64,000 nucleotides of DNA. Origin: Lingula anatina (lineage: Eukaryota; Animalia; Brachiopoda). Below the pieces are notes generated by a model. It had not been told where the DNA came from. It made no database searches and saw only the letters and a program-made list of their open reading frames with translations. Below are positions 1 through 52,843 of the stretch, piece after piece; the stretch's first letter is position 1, and each line of letters begins with the position of its first letter. The DNA lies in NCBI GenBank assembly GCA_051362555.1, contig CM120642.1, positions 24,924,001-24,988,000 of the forward strand. Direction: 5' to 3'. Position numbers and translations under genes: made by a program.

Positions 1-3000
1 CGCCGCTCGGCAGCGATAGAGACCGCTAGACTTAAGATAAACGTTTTGGGCGAAACCTGCGCGGGAAAAAGTAGTTTTGTGCGATCTTTAGCAGCAGGAG
101 AATCGCGCATGACGCCCATGGCGGATCGAACCCATGTGATCGATCAAGCGGCATGGCAACCAGAGAAAGGGATTCTGATAAGAATCAATGATTTTGGTGG
201 TCATGACATCTACAAGTTAGCTCACAGTATATTCATGGACAAAAACTCACCCGTTTTCCTCGTCTTTGACATCAATGAAATAAATGAATCGAATAGCAAT
301 ATCCTCCTTGGAACGTGGATTAACGTAGTCCTTTCTAAATCACCAAAAACGAAGATAATACTGATAGGTACGCAAGCCGACAGGTGCAACGACACCGCAA
401 TCCAGGTTAAATCTAAAGAAGTATCAGCTTATGTAGAAGATTTGCTTGTGAGGAGAGAGCTAAGCTTGAAATCGCAACTTGAAGCAGTGCGACAACGAAT
501 GGAAGAGGATCTGCCCTTTCAAGAGGCCTTTAAGGCGAAAAACGCTGTGATCAGTTCTAGTCTCAGCGAAACACCCGACATAGTTAGGTCCATCAAGGTC
601 GTCAGTTCCAACTCGCTGAGTGGTTTCCAAGCGATACAAAAGTTGGCGGTTTCCATGGCAAGAGAAAAAGCAGTCATTTTACCGGAATCATGGTTCATCG
701 TTACTGATTACGTGGAGAGGGAGAAGGTTCGTAAGACCGAGCCTTACCTGAAGAAGAGCAAACTCATAATCTACCTAGACTCTCTGGAAACCGAGAGCAT
801 CGAAAAAAGAGAGGCAGTGAAAGAAGTCCTTCCTGAGATTCTCCGGTACCTTCACGGTTCTGGTGAAATAATTTGGTTTGAACAGAGCCCTGTGCTTAGT
901 GAGGTAATATTCCACAGACATGAGATCGTCGCCGGTTTACTGAAAGCCGTTTTGAGACACGACATGGAGGACTTGTTGGTCCATAGCCGCCCAGAATTCG
1001 TCCACCAGTTTTCCCAAAACCAAGTTTGGTTTTGCCCTCGCCCGGGAGGATATTCTGCACAGGGGTATCATGACTTACAAGATGCTGCAATGCCTCTGGA
1101 GGCCTTTTAATATTGGAGACATCGGGGCCAATGCAGTGATCGAGCTGATGAAGAACTTCGAGATGTGCTACTCAGTGGTGGTCAACAAGGTGGAATACCT
1201 GCATATACCATGGCTGCTAAATGAAACAGCACCTTCTTCGATCTCTAACAGGTGGCACCACCGTATAGAAGATCCAGACAACCAGGACCAACTAACTCTA
1301 GAACTGCACTTCGTCAACCAACCCCCGATAGGGTTCTACGAACAAGAGGCCGTCAGGCTGAACAAGTTCATAGAGCATAAAACTACCCGCGTTGACTGGA
1401 AAGACGGAGTATTTGTCGAGATGGACCAAAATACTCGATGTCTGCTGCAAAGAAAGGCCAACCATGACACCGGTGACGTGATTACTTTCGCGCTGCGAGG
1501 TTCTCACCTTCGAGATATTTGGAAGACTTTTTTGGAAGTCCATAGGGACATCAGGTAAATGAAATGCCTGAATGAAGCACACGACGACATAATTATTTAT
1601 CAAGCATGAGTTTGTAAAAACAGAGATCTGTTGGATAAACAGGATTTGTTGACGGTAATGTGACTAGATGTTCATTTAATTTTGGTAATGATTTTCATGT
1701 GACCGAGTACAGTATGCATTAAGGGACCATTTCCAGACTATAACTGTACTAACTGTGGATCGATCTATCTCCAAGGGAATTCTCTCTAAATTGCAATCAA
1801 CTTAAGCGGCTTAGATGTATGTCACGCCTTCTAGAGCTGCTAGGTGGTAATACATGATCGTTTAGCAGCTTCAGTTGGCGTGTCAGACATCTAAGCCGCT
1901 TTAGCTGAAAGCAATTTAGAGAGAAGCTGCTTGGAGATGGATTGGTCCTTTTAGATCGATCTAGGTATGGGAGCACAGTCTAAGATCCCACCATATATCA
2001 AACTAAAATGCTAATTTATATTTTCAAATTAGACTCCTACTCATCGAGGAATACCCCGGAGCTCAGTGCGACATGTTCTCGTTGTGTCCTCACTGCGTTA
2101 AGGAAGGTGTCCCAGATCCAACAAAGTTTCCGGCAGAGGTTCTGCGTGATCCGCCTTCTCAAGACATCACGAGTATCCCGTGTAGGCATTCCAAAACAGG
2201 AAGCGTGCCTGTATACCTCGTTTACCCGCAGAATGTATGTAAGTATTTTGTTTAGCTTTTATGATGTCGTATGGGAATAAGTAATTTCGAACTTTTTTGG
2301 ATTGAAATATGTTTTAGATTATAAGTATAGAGTTTTAACTTTTAGAGTCGTACATGGCCAAAATGATAATTTTAGCTAATAAAAAGTAAAATCGCAGACA
2401 AATATGCTTAACGATGAGAACAGCATGCTTTGAGAATAACCTTTCTTATTATTACTACAGTTATTGTGTGTTTTATCATTTATTATCTGCTTATTTATTT
2501 TGTTTACTTATTCATTTTGTGCTTAACCATAATTTCTAATCGTAACCCCAGCCCCTAATGGTAACTCAAACCTGTAATTATACCAACATCAACTCTAATT
2601 CTAGTTATGAATAATGCTTATCAGCCAGAAACTCTCCTGAATTACTTTCTTATAACTTTAATTTAAATTAAATTTTCATTATTCAAATGATTTTTTTCTT
2701 CATCTTTAAGATCTTGGTCGCCGGATGACCATGCTTCACAAGAAGGCCTTAAGGTCAAACCGCTTGCAACTTGTGGACGACATATCTGACCCCTCCATGG
2801 AGGACATTGTGGCGCATCTTGGCTCACACGCCATCCTAACCGTGAGAGAACAGGAGTACGTGCGACAAAAACCTATCAGAGATGAAAAAGTCGAGGCCCT
2901 GTTAGACGTTCTGAGAGGGAAATCGGATGATGCTTTCTTTGAATTCTGCAACGGCTTGGACAACTGTGGACTCCGGCATTTGACAATCGCTCTTAAAAAT

Positions 3001-3009
3001 CACGCTTGA
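1..3009 (+). CDS. ROCO-family GTPase (MFHAS1-like Roc-COR) with C-terminal CARD; 5'-truncated by the window; +1 frameshift between 956 and 1030
   Basis: Frame open from base 1: RLKINVLGETCAGKSS (P-loop), DRT (G2), INDFGG (G3), IGTQAD (G4), then COR-like ILRYLHGSGEIIWF. The sequence continues in the +1 frame (FALAREDILHRGIMTYKMLQCLW...) to donor AG|gtaaat at 1554. Exon 2033-2238 (ttag|A, LLLIEEYPGAQCDMFSLCPHC; donor gtaagt). Exon 2711-3009 (taag|AT) encodes CARD-like HKKALRSNRLQLVDDI...LLDVLRGKSDDAFFEFCNGL. Intron phases (2, 1) match. Confidence 0.85.
1723..1980. mobile_element. PIF/Harbinger-like palindromic MITE, family A (in a ROCO intron)
   Basis: Long imperfect internal inverted repeat, flanked by TAA at 1720-1722 and 1981-1983; homologous to 29144-29404, 31100-31239 and 55952-56198. 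Confidence 0.8.
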
Positions 3010-3729
3010 GGATATGAGGAGCGACAAACTTTAAACTGTACTCTTCATTTCGATATCCCAAATTAACTGGTGCATATGCAAGGTGGGCAGTGTTGCTGTT
3101 GAAAGTAATCAGACACATGTAGGGCAACAAACAGCGAACTTATAAGGTTACGCTGTATGGCTAAACTTTTTTCTTGCAAAGCTGTTTTTAATCAATGGCA
3201 TTGGCTTTTCGTGTCCATGTAATGAAAGGTACATATACTGCAATGATTCCGTTGTTATTTCACTTTTATTTTCCTTTTTCAAGTCTTGCTAACTGCTTGT
3301 TGAATGGCCACAATATCTATCAAACTGAAGATAATAATATTAAGAAATGTTTTTATATTATTCGGCGTCGGCTAAGACTGGACTAGATCAGAAAACAGCT
3401 TACGGCAAATCCTTTAGGAGTCCAATTTCTCTTTCTAATTTTGTCTTACCAGAGTTTCCTTACCACCTTTTACATTGTTAAATAAAGTTACGAAGTTACT
3501 TCAAATGTTGTTCAAAGGGTGCTTATATTACTCTGGTACCACAGAAGTTAATTTATTTAATATTAATGATGACAAATATATAACCATAAATAGTGTGACT
3601 GTACTTTATTAGCAAGGAATAAAACGAACTTATCCGTTTCTTCAGTTCTTTTTAATTATGTTTACCAAAAATGTCTTCATCGGTATCAAGTATATATAAG
3701 AAAACCAACTTCGATCAGTCAAAAAAGTT

Positions 3730-6700
3730 TTAGGTAGAACCTCTGAATTTATCGGAGTACAACTTAAATACAGATTTCCTGGCAATGTAGGCAAATGAAA
3801 TGAAAACGCCCTGCAATGAGCTCAATATGACAAAGGGGTAACCAACTTCTGGGATATTTAAGTACGCATTGATGTATCCAAACAACCACGTGCATCCCAT
3901 GAGTGTTGTCATACGAACATAAACACCAAGCAAGTTTCCGTCTTTTGGACTTCCTAATCTAGCGGATAACTTGGTGGTTGTTCGGTGTATGCTACAGGCA
4001 GTTACGATGAAAAGCACTGTGTTAAGTAAGCATATGATTCCCACGGGTACAGCAAACCCAAACAAAATGCCAAAAGGATTCCCGATCCAGCATGCTTCAC
4101 CTTGGCCATAGCCGACTTTGAACGAAACGCATTCGCAGTTGTCGAGGGCCGCCATGGTCAAGACGGCCAGCAACGAAAAACCCCAGCCATACAGTACATA
4201 GGCACGATAACGCCTTCTCTTCTGAGCGTCGGTTGTGATTGTTGTGGCAGACCGGAAAGTAAAGAGGAGATCCCAAGTCATGCAGTTCATCCAGCAAAAT
4301 GTGGCCAGCCAAAAATAATGATTGAACATTGCGGTTACTTTGCAAACGATGCTGTTGATCGTCACGTACCCGGCAATTATGAACAGAAGCTGGGCAAAGA
4401 ATAATGAGGCAACCAAGTTCATCAGTGATTTGCCTGGGACAGTACGAAGTTCTGGGAATATGCAATAAGTTATAAACGTTATGATGAGGCATATCAGTGA
4501 CAGAACACTACAAACAAAGGTCAGAACAGCCTGAATGTGATAATGAATAGAATGTTGAACGTGGTGGCGGTGTCTTTCGGTGGATGTATCCCAAGCACTC
4601 CTGCATAAATACAAGGTACCATTCGCAATGCTGTAGGTATCCCTTCCGAATGCCTTATCCTCGGAAATAATCAACGCATGGTCTGAGGTGTTCGACAGAA
4701 TGTATTCCTCGGGGCTGAATAGTATAAAAGATGTGCAGTTTAAAGGAAGTATGGCGCTGCAAACACTAACTGTTGATACAATTGCCGGCAATGGCCGTGA
4801 TAAACTATTGATGCCTAGGGGATGTTTTCCCGACTGGAGTTCAATATCAGTGTTATTAATGTTTCTACGCCATGAAAGCAAAATATTCACTGCCGTGTCT
4901 TTAAAACTTTCGTCGGCGACAGTACCGTTTGCGTTGAAGAAGGTTTGGTTCCAAAGCGCCATAAGTTTGCCTTCCTCGGCAGTTAGATTGTCACTAAACA
5001 ACGAACAACAGGCATCGGGTATTTCTGGCCTATTCATTAATTGTACAGAGTAGAACCACTCACTCAAGAAGGCTTCGCTTATACTGCCGAACATGCTTTT
5101 ATATACTGATTCATATATCTGTGGAAGAGTAGCTGTTTCATTGTAAATCAACAGCTCCGCCACTGTTAATGACGGTGCAGTTTCATTTTGATTGACAGAG
5201 CATCGATCCCATGGAATGGACCGGTGTCTCAAAACGTCGGGAATTATAGTCCCTACGAAAATATGACAAATTTCCTGACAGTCGGTTTGCGTACGGTTCC
5301 GAAGTGCATACCCAGAAATGTCGTTCTGAGAGGGTATTTTGCACGTGCATGTAAGGTACAGATAGCTCGTGTTAGTGACGTTTTTTATGGACGGGAGCGA
5401 GGCTGCACACATTTCAAGTGAACACGGCTTAGGCGCAGGGTTCCATTGTTCCTTGCACTCATGCTCCAGGGAGAGTTCCACCTGATCTGGTCGGCATTTG
5501 TATTTCCACACTTCATGCGGAGCACCTGTCAGAGATCTGAAGGAAAACAATACTGACAGACTTATCAAGCCATGTAGAGTCTCTCGATGAAAGTCTCTTA
5601 ATAGGATCCGAGAAAGGCAGCTGATGGAATTGAAAGGAAATCCATTGCAGAGGGCACAGAAAGAATTTTTAAAGAATGTTGTACGCCATCGATTTGAAAC
5701 ATAAACAGCATTCCTGTACAATTGGCAGTGTTTTGCCCATTGAACCGCTCTTTCGTCATTCCCTCTTACACGTTCGCAGATGCTGATTACGTTTTCCGGG
5801 TTATGAAAAGGCTGGGTGGCGCATTTACGGGCAGTGACATTCTGCAGTACATTTGGAAGTTTACTTTTATCTGGACTGGTGTAGGTGATCCAGCAACCTG
5901 GACTGCGGTACGCGTAATCAAATAAAAACATATGTCCAAATGGTCGTATACGGCTCAGGACAGAAGAGCCTGCTTTGGAACAACTGACATTAACTTCCCA
6001 CAGATATATGTCTTTTTGTGTCAAACCGTGACATAGTGCGCAATGGATGTTTTTGTACAACAACCCATCTGTCCCATACGCCGGCGGGGAGAACACTTGG
6101 TCATTGTCTTCGGTACAGAGTGTACTCAGTTCTCGATTGGTATAAGCGGGACATCTTGCGACCGCCTTGTAGAAACTATTCTCATCTGCAAACTTAACAC
6201 ATTTCATGAACATATACTTATCGGTTAGCAGCGATTCGTTTTGATTTTCAAGTTTAAATCTTGTGTATTGGAAATCATACCAAGGATGTGCATCCTCTGC
6301 ATTTATTCTGTTGATCCCAGTGGTGGGTTGAGTGGTAAACACTGACATAGGCGCAGGCAGTCGTGCTTTGGCTGACAGTGAGCGTGACGAAACATTGGGA
6401 AACAAGGTTGTAACGCTCTGGTCTTTTTCATTTAACGGAAGTGGGTTGGTAGTAATATTGATTTGCCTATCTTGGTAACTTCTTCCTTGATAAATTCGCT
6501 TCTCAGTAATATCGGTGTCTATCAGAGCGGAACTCGCTGCTGTAATATCACTCCCATACACGTTGTCTTGCTCATAAAGCATTGGGTCTGTCACACTCCT
6601 TACAGAAGTTGCCTCACTCCTGCGCAAGGCTTTTGATGTAGAAACAGATGGAGTCTCTCCCCCGCGAATGTTGCGGATATTGCTTTGGCGGGAAAGAGTA

Positions 6701-7782
6701 TCTAAATCACTTTCTTCGTCCTCGTTTTCTTCTGTCACAGACTGACTGCTGCAGTAGTCGTAATAGTCTACACAACAGTCCCCATAGGAAACACATGTTT
6801 TGTCGCAAGCGCATGCGCTGATACCGGCGCCTCTCCCACAGGAATCCTCACAGGAGGAAGAAAAAGCCTTCGGAAAGCTAATACCACAGATAAGGGCGTC
6901 TTCGTTAAAAAGAAGAGTATGGAACCCGTCTCTTTCTGAAAATATCAAATGGGAATTAGCGTCATGAAGTTCCTACTTTGGGTCCAGAGCAACCTGGTTA
7001 AAATGTCTAAATTATTAATGGGAATCAGAAAGTAACATACATACATGTAGTGTATGTAAAATATTAAAATGGAAACTCCATGTCTATAAAAGACGTCAAA
7101 ATCGTGGAAAAGCAAAAAAAAACACGAGAAATTGTAATTATTCCCTTAAAAAGTGTAATGTGATTTGAACTGAGCAGGTTAACTTACTTATTAAATTCAT
7201 TACGTTATATTTCACATTACACATGTGCAAATGAATAGCAATATTTATATAATACTATAAAGTTGTTTTGATAATTAACGTAAAAAGAAAGGTTTTATTT
7301 TGTAAAAAAATTAACCACGTTGGCTATTCGATATAATTATCAGCCTAATTTTGATATTGTGCCTGAGTAAATATCTAAACAATAAGAAACTGAGAGGCAA
7401 TAATCCGTCAACTTCTTAATGAAGCTTTTCTTCTGTTTTTGAAATAATAACTCCCGACTTTACTTGCTGCTGCCTTTTTTAAAAATCATTATGAAACTGT
7501 ATTTATCGTTGTGCCTGTATTGTGCGCTGCACCTACACAACTTTTCTAGGTCAATTCTAAAATTGTACATTGAATTGTTTTGTTTTTTTAATGACTAACT
7601 TTAGATATGCCACAAATATAAAAAATGAATGAAATTGGTCGACTGTTTAATATTTTGCCATCCAAATTTCTGATCAGATCCCATGACCAGGTGACAACAA
7701 TAATACCCTTACCTTCTTCACCAGATACATGTACTGGCAGCAAAATACGGAAAAGCAAGCCGCAAAGAAAAACCAAGTGCAT
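3730..7782 (-). CDS. Family-2 (adhesion/Methuselah-like) GPCR with N-terminal somatomedin-B domain; 2 coding exons
   Basis: Exon 1 7782-7713 is a signal peptide, MHLVFLCGLLFRILLPVHVSGEE, with donor G|gtaagg. Exon 2 6935-3730 has acceptor tattttcag|AA and a matching phase 1. SMB motif SCGRG...CACDKTCVSYGDCCVDYYDYC, an S/T-rich stalk, Cys-rich repeats, and seven TM helices with 7tm_2 motifs (LRTVPGKSLMNL, HYFWLATFCWM, YGWG, CWI, LMGCTWLFG, SLQGVFI). Confidence 0.9.
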
Positions 7783-9416
7783 CGTTCTTTTCGCAAAAGA
7801 ATTTCAGCTTATTTAACTCACCGAAGAAATGGTGTGATTTATATACCCTCACAACAGCTATTTCATCACAACTCTCCACACGCACCCCGAGTTTCAGAGA
7901 CCATTGGACCCTCACGACATAATTTCCATTAATGAAAAAATTCTTCTTCCGTTTCCAGTAAATGACAGAGGCCTATACATTATTTTACCTCTGACAGTCA
8001 GGGTACTGCAATTATGATTTTGCAGATATCTCTTACATCTTAATATAAATCATGTGCGCTGGCTTTGTGACATGAACACCGACATAACACTTAGCTGTGC
8101 TTTATTAATCGAATCATCATTTTGATAACTTGGTTTTACACATTTGATAGTACGTATGTTTCACGCTGATTGAGTTTACGCTACTTAACGACGTGCGTCT
8201 GGCGTAACTAGATCTGGTCAGTCTTTATCTCGCGTTCACAGGCTGGACGTCATAGTCACTGGACAAACACTATTATGCAATACAAATGCGATGCCAATGT
8301 TTTAATTTTAATTAAAAATGCTTCTCTGTCTCTTTTTCAATTGAATCTCATTGATACCAAGGATCACTTTCGAGGGTACGGGGTGGGGGGTGGGGGTGGG
8401 GGTGGGGTCCCGGTCCCCGCAATCCAGCCGCCCCTTCTATTTACGGTTCCTAAAATTTTCCGCGCGGAAACTTGTCAAATAACTATCAAATACAGCTTTG
8501 ATAGTCTTTTTTTCATTTTTTTTTTTTTTTGCTCTACTTACACGCAAACAGGTTTAACTTACAGGTACATGCAGACAAGAGAACAAACATAAATCTTAGT
8601 TAACAATTGCTTTCAGTAATGCACATGCCTTTATTGATACATGCGTGCAAAAGAAATAAAATCTTTCGATTGCGATATTCCTCTACATAATCTACGTGTA
8701 TATCACAATAAAACTTTCAACTGACTTTTTCAAAAACTCCAAGATTTCTCCTTATACACTGTAACAAATGGGGGAAGAAAAGAGCCAAATTTGAAAAATA
8801 TTTTGAATATCGTCATATTCTTTACGTGGATAGTTCCATATATATCTACATGAATACAGAAACAATCAAAATGACTTTTAAAATCTTAACATTCCATACA
8901 TATACATGTACAGTACTAGTAGGCCTTTGTTACCACATGTATTTGTACATATGCACAGGATGACTGCAAATCAAGGAAAACTTGACTAAACCTCATTATA
9001 CTGTTACAGTAACAGTTTGCTATGTAAAAGCAGGCAAAGATAAAATAGCACACCAATATCATGAACTGGCCACAGGGTGGGCTTAGCCTAGTAGTATGTA
9101 ACAAAATTATTGAATTGTCTACTATTTTAGATGCCCCTTATACCAGGGGTAAATATAACGTAACATAGCTACACATTCGTTTACAAGCATCAGTGTCTCA
9201 TGTCTGAATTAACTGTATACTAACTGCATGTTAATCATACAAGAAAAAAAAAATTATGGATACACAATTATCACTTTCACATCATGTCCACAATGTTGCC
9301 AACTGAACACATTCAAGAGACACCCACCCATACATTTCATTATAAAGTCCATCTGCTGCAGAGATATTAGATCATGGGACATGACCAAAACAGAATGTTT
9401 TCCAAATAAGTTTTAT

Positions 9417-9573
9417 AACTAGAGGATCAGAGAGGCGGTACCGCCTCCGGATATTGTACCACCAGCTGGAGTAAGCGCATTCGTATGGAAAACCAAAAAA
9501 AAAAAGGGACACCACCTCCAGTCTTGTGCTTAACAAGCTCTATAAAATGCAATCAACAAGAGTTCTCAAAATA

Positions 9574-9619
<46 letters not shown>

Positions 9620-11200
9620 ATAACTAAAAATGGTCCAATCATGCAGATTTTGGAATTGACCTGTATTTTCCTAACATTGATCACTCCTGTGATTTTCTAG
9701 ACAATAGACCTATTGGTTTTCCTTGAAATGTGTTATCATTGTTGCATCTGTAGTATGCTGACAAAAGAGTAAACCTTGGGCAACACTATGGGCATATCTC
9801 TGCTAGTTTTGAAGATATGAGGGGCAAGAAAATATGCAAAGTTAAGTTCTTGGTGAAAAAGTAGGTCAAAGGTCAATTTCAAAGTCACAGTATATGACTT
9901 CCTATTCAAGTTCAATAGTAACCATGGGAATTTCTTTGCCAATTTTGAAGATATAAATGCCAGAAAACATGCAAGGTGCAGTTCATCATAAAAAGTAGGT
10001 CAAAGGTCAATTTCAAGGTCATAGTTAGATTGCCAGTATATGACTTCCTATTCAAGTTCAACAGTAACTTTGTGTGTATCTCTGCCGTTTTCGAGATATA
10101 AAGGATAGAAAATTTGCAAAGTTCAGTTGATGGTGAAAATTAGGTCAAAGGTCAATTTCAGGGTCACAGTTAGATTGCAAGTATATGACTTCCTAATCAA
10201 GTTCAATAGTAACTATGGTCGTATCTTTGCCAGTTTTGGAAATATGAAGATCAGAAAAATTGCAAAGTGCAGTTCATAATGAAAAGTAGGTCAAGGGTCA
10301 ATTTCAAGGTCACAGTTAGATTGCCAGTATATGACTTCCAGTTCAAGTTCAATAGGAACTATGGGCATATCTCTGCTAATTTTGCAGTAATTCACATTTT
10401 ATTTTCACCACTGAATATTGCGTTATACTTTTTTATATAGAGCAACGCCTAAACCGTATCGAAAACAAAAACGTGGACACCACCTCCAGTATTGTGCTTG
10501 ACAAGTCCTACGAATTGCAAAATTCAAAACGTCTCTGGCATTTACGGTTCCAGAATTTGAGTTTTCAGTTTCATATCTAATGGCCGCTTCTCCCATGAAA
10601 ATGCACCTATTGACCCCAAACTCTCAAAGATGAAAGGAGACCCTGATTGTAACCCCTCACTATAATATGAGAGCATAGGTCTGTGTAGTTTCTGAAAATT
10701 GGTACAAACAAATATTTTTTTGCAGAAAAGTCCCATTTTTAGAAAATTTTGGCCCGTTTGACCTTGAAATAAAGGTCAAAAGTCAAATCTCAGGGCATAT
10801 TTGGAATCTCCATATATGACTTTCGGTCAGACTTCTGTAGTAATTTTTCCCATAATTCCTTCGGTTTGGGAGATATTTAGCATTGAATTTTCCAAAATTT
10901 TGACAAGGGTGCGTTTCAACGAGCGTCACGCCCAGGCCAAAGCACCGACTGAGACAAAAATACCAGGGGGTTCAAGTTGAGATTATATGTGACCTAAATC
11001 CAAGAGATGGGGACACAGGTCCTTGCGGTCTAGGAGGAGAAGCGGTAACGGTGACTTGTATCCCACGACACCCTGCGGAGCCAACGGAGCCGGCGGAGCT
11101 CACGGAGCCGGCGGAGCCGGCGGAGCTTACGGAGCCGTACGAGACGGGTCGAGACTAAAACCATGAGTACCGCCAGCGTACACGCTGGTGGTACTAATAA
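9417..11200 (-). mobile_element. Non-autonomous Helentron/HINE-like element, copy 1, with ~145-bp internal tandem array
   Basis: Sub-terminal IR GTACCACCAGC (9456-9466) / GCTGGTGGTAC (11184-11194); hairpin 11167-11194; palindrome GAGGCGGTACCGCCTC near the CTAG end (9419-9422); GGAGCCGGC-type microsatellite ~11076-11140; ~4 repeat units with anchors at 9862, 9996, 10141, 10287; near-identical ends to 22107-24048. Confidence 0.85.
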
Positions 11201-12787
11201 TTATTTAAACTTACAATAACAGGTATCAAATCCTCTTTCTTTGTTTGTTTTGAATAGTATTTTGAATATCATAATATTAATTCAACACCCTTCTGTTAAA
11301 ATCTGCCAAAACAATCTTCCATGTGGAGAATCCATTCTTACTTTCATTCTGACTAGACTGAACAACTCAACTATCAACAGTTAAACATAAATACTCATAA
11401 AATACACTGTTATTCTGCAGTAAAGCTACACTGTACATAATATACTATGCAGAAATACAAGTGGGAAATCCATGCCAATAACATTTTACCTCAAATTCCC
11501 ACTGAATACAATAGGCTAGATACAGACTCATATTAGAGAAACCACAGTATATGGGTCAGTTTCTTTGATACATGAAGTATACTGTGGGAGTAAGTTTGGC
11601 GTGGGACTCCAACAATAAGGCCAGCATATGACATCAAATAAACTTGCAATGACACAGGCGTTTTCCTGTGGTCATTCAAAAATCAAACCACTTTTCTTCA
11701 CATTCACACAAAAGATTTTCCATTGCCTAAGATGTGAAATCTGGCTTTACCAATATGTAAACATACAAGTGTTAATAAGTCTTGTCTATGTGTAGTGGGC
11801 AGGTATTTTTAGGGATGACACACAAGAACAATTTAACTGCTCATACAGTGGTATTTTTGACTGCATTCTTGGTGCCCCATTTTGAAAAAAAAAATTTAGC
11901 CCAAGGACTGCCCTGTACATTTTAAAAGACCAAAATCTTATTCCACTTTGACCTAAATTAAATCAATGGTAGTCCAATTAATTAAACAATATTGCACGTT
12001 TCATGAAAAGAAAGGCAAGGCTAAATAATGGCTCAGACCAAAACTTACTTTCTGTGAATTAGAACATTTTAGGTCTTAGAGTTTAGACTACTTTTCAAAT
12101 TCTTTTGTGGTTTAAAATAGAGGTGTGTGAATGTAAGATATGTTGGTTTAAATTTGGATATAATAATGACTCGAGATAATTAGTTTCTAGAATTATCCAA
12201 TGCACTATAATACACATACGAAGGAAAGGTGTACAAAAAAGTCTTGTTGTACTCTAGTAATACAATCTTCACATATGACATATGAAAAAACCATTTGTCT
12301 TTATCATGACTCTGTCATCAAAGGATCATTTTGCTTGATAGCAACCAACTCAATATCCAAGAAATAGCATAACACAGCAAGCTAACAGTCAGGCCATTTT
12401 TGTATGGAAAAAAGTCCTCTCTGGACACAATATCCTTAGGTACTCAAAGGTTCCACTTTTTTCAGGAAAAGAACCTTCCTTGTGAAATTGCAGGCTACAG
12501 GCCTGTACAGTGTCCTGCTATTCCAGCCACAGTTAGAGTTACTGATTTCTTCATTTTGTTTCCCAACATCTTTTGGTTAGGGACAAGCTGAACCATCTTG
12601 ACTTTCAGTTTTCATCCACAGCTGCAAACCATTTCATCTTGCTAGAACGTAGTCTGATTATCACACTCTAAGTCAATTTTAAGCAAAACTGAACTGAAAT
12701 GACCAATTTCAAAGCCATGGCTACTATTAATGATTCCTCAAGCCAAGGCTGAAATCTAAAAAAACCAAGCCAGGTGTCCATGTTGCA

Positions 12788-52843
<40,056 letters not shown>

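Noticed and set aside
4097-6228. Several 60-130 aa ORFs overlapping the SMB-GPCR, and similar ones over 46583-47954
   Set aside because: Shadow ORFs in alternative frames or antisense to real coding exons; no recognisable motifs.
8380-8410. G-tract GGGGTGGGGGGTGGGGGTGGGGGTGGGG upstream of the SMB-GPCR (G-quadruplex-capable)
   Set aside because: Similar poly-G/C tracts are scattered through the window (14587, 24357, 33899, 41307, 41473) and look like low-complexity or repeat remnants.
9860-10330. Regularly spaced repeats superficially like a CRISPR array
   Set aside because: The whole ~145-bp unit is repeated with no unique spacers, there are no cas genes, and the context is eukaryotic; it is the internal satellite of a HINE.
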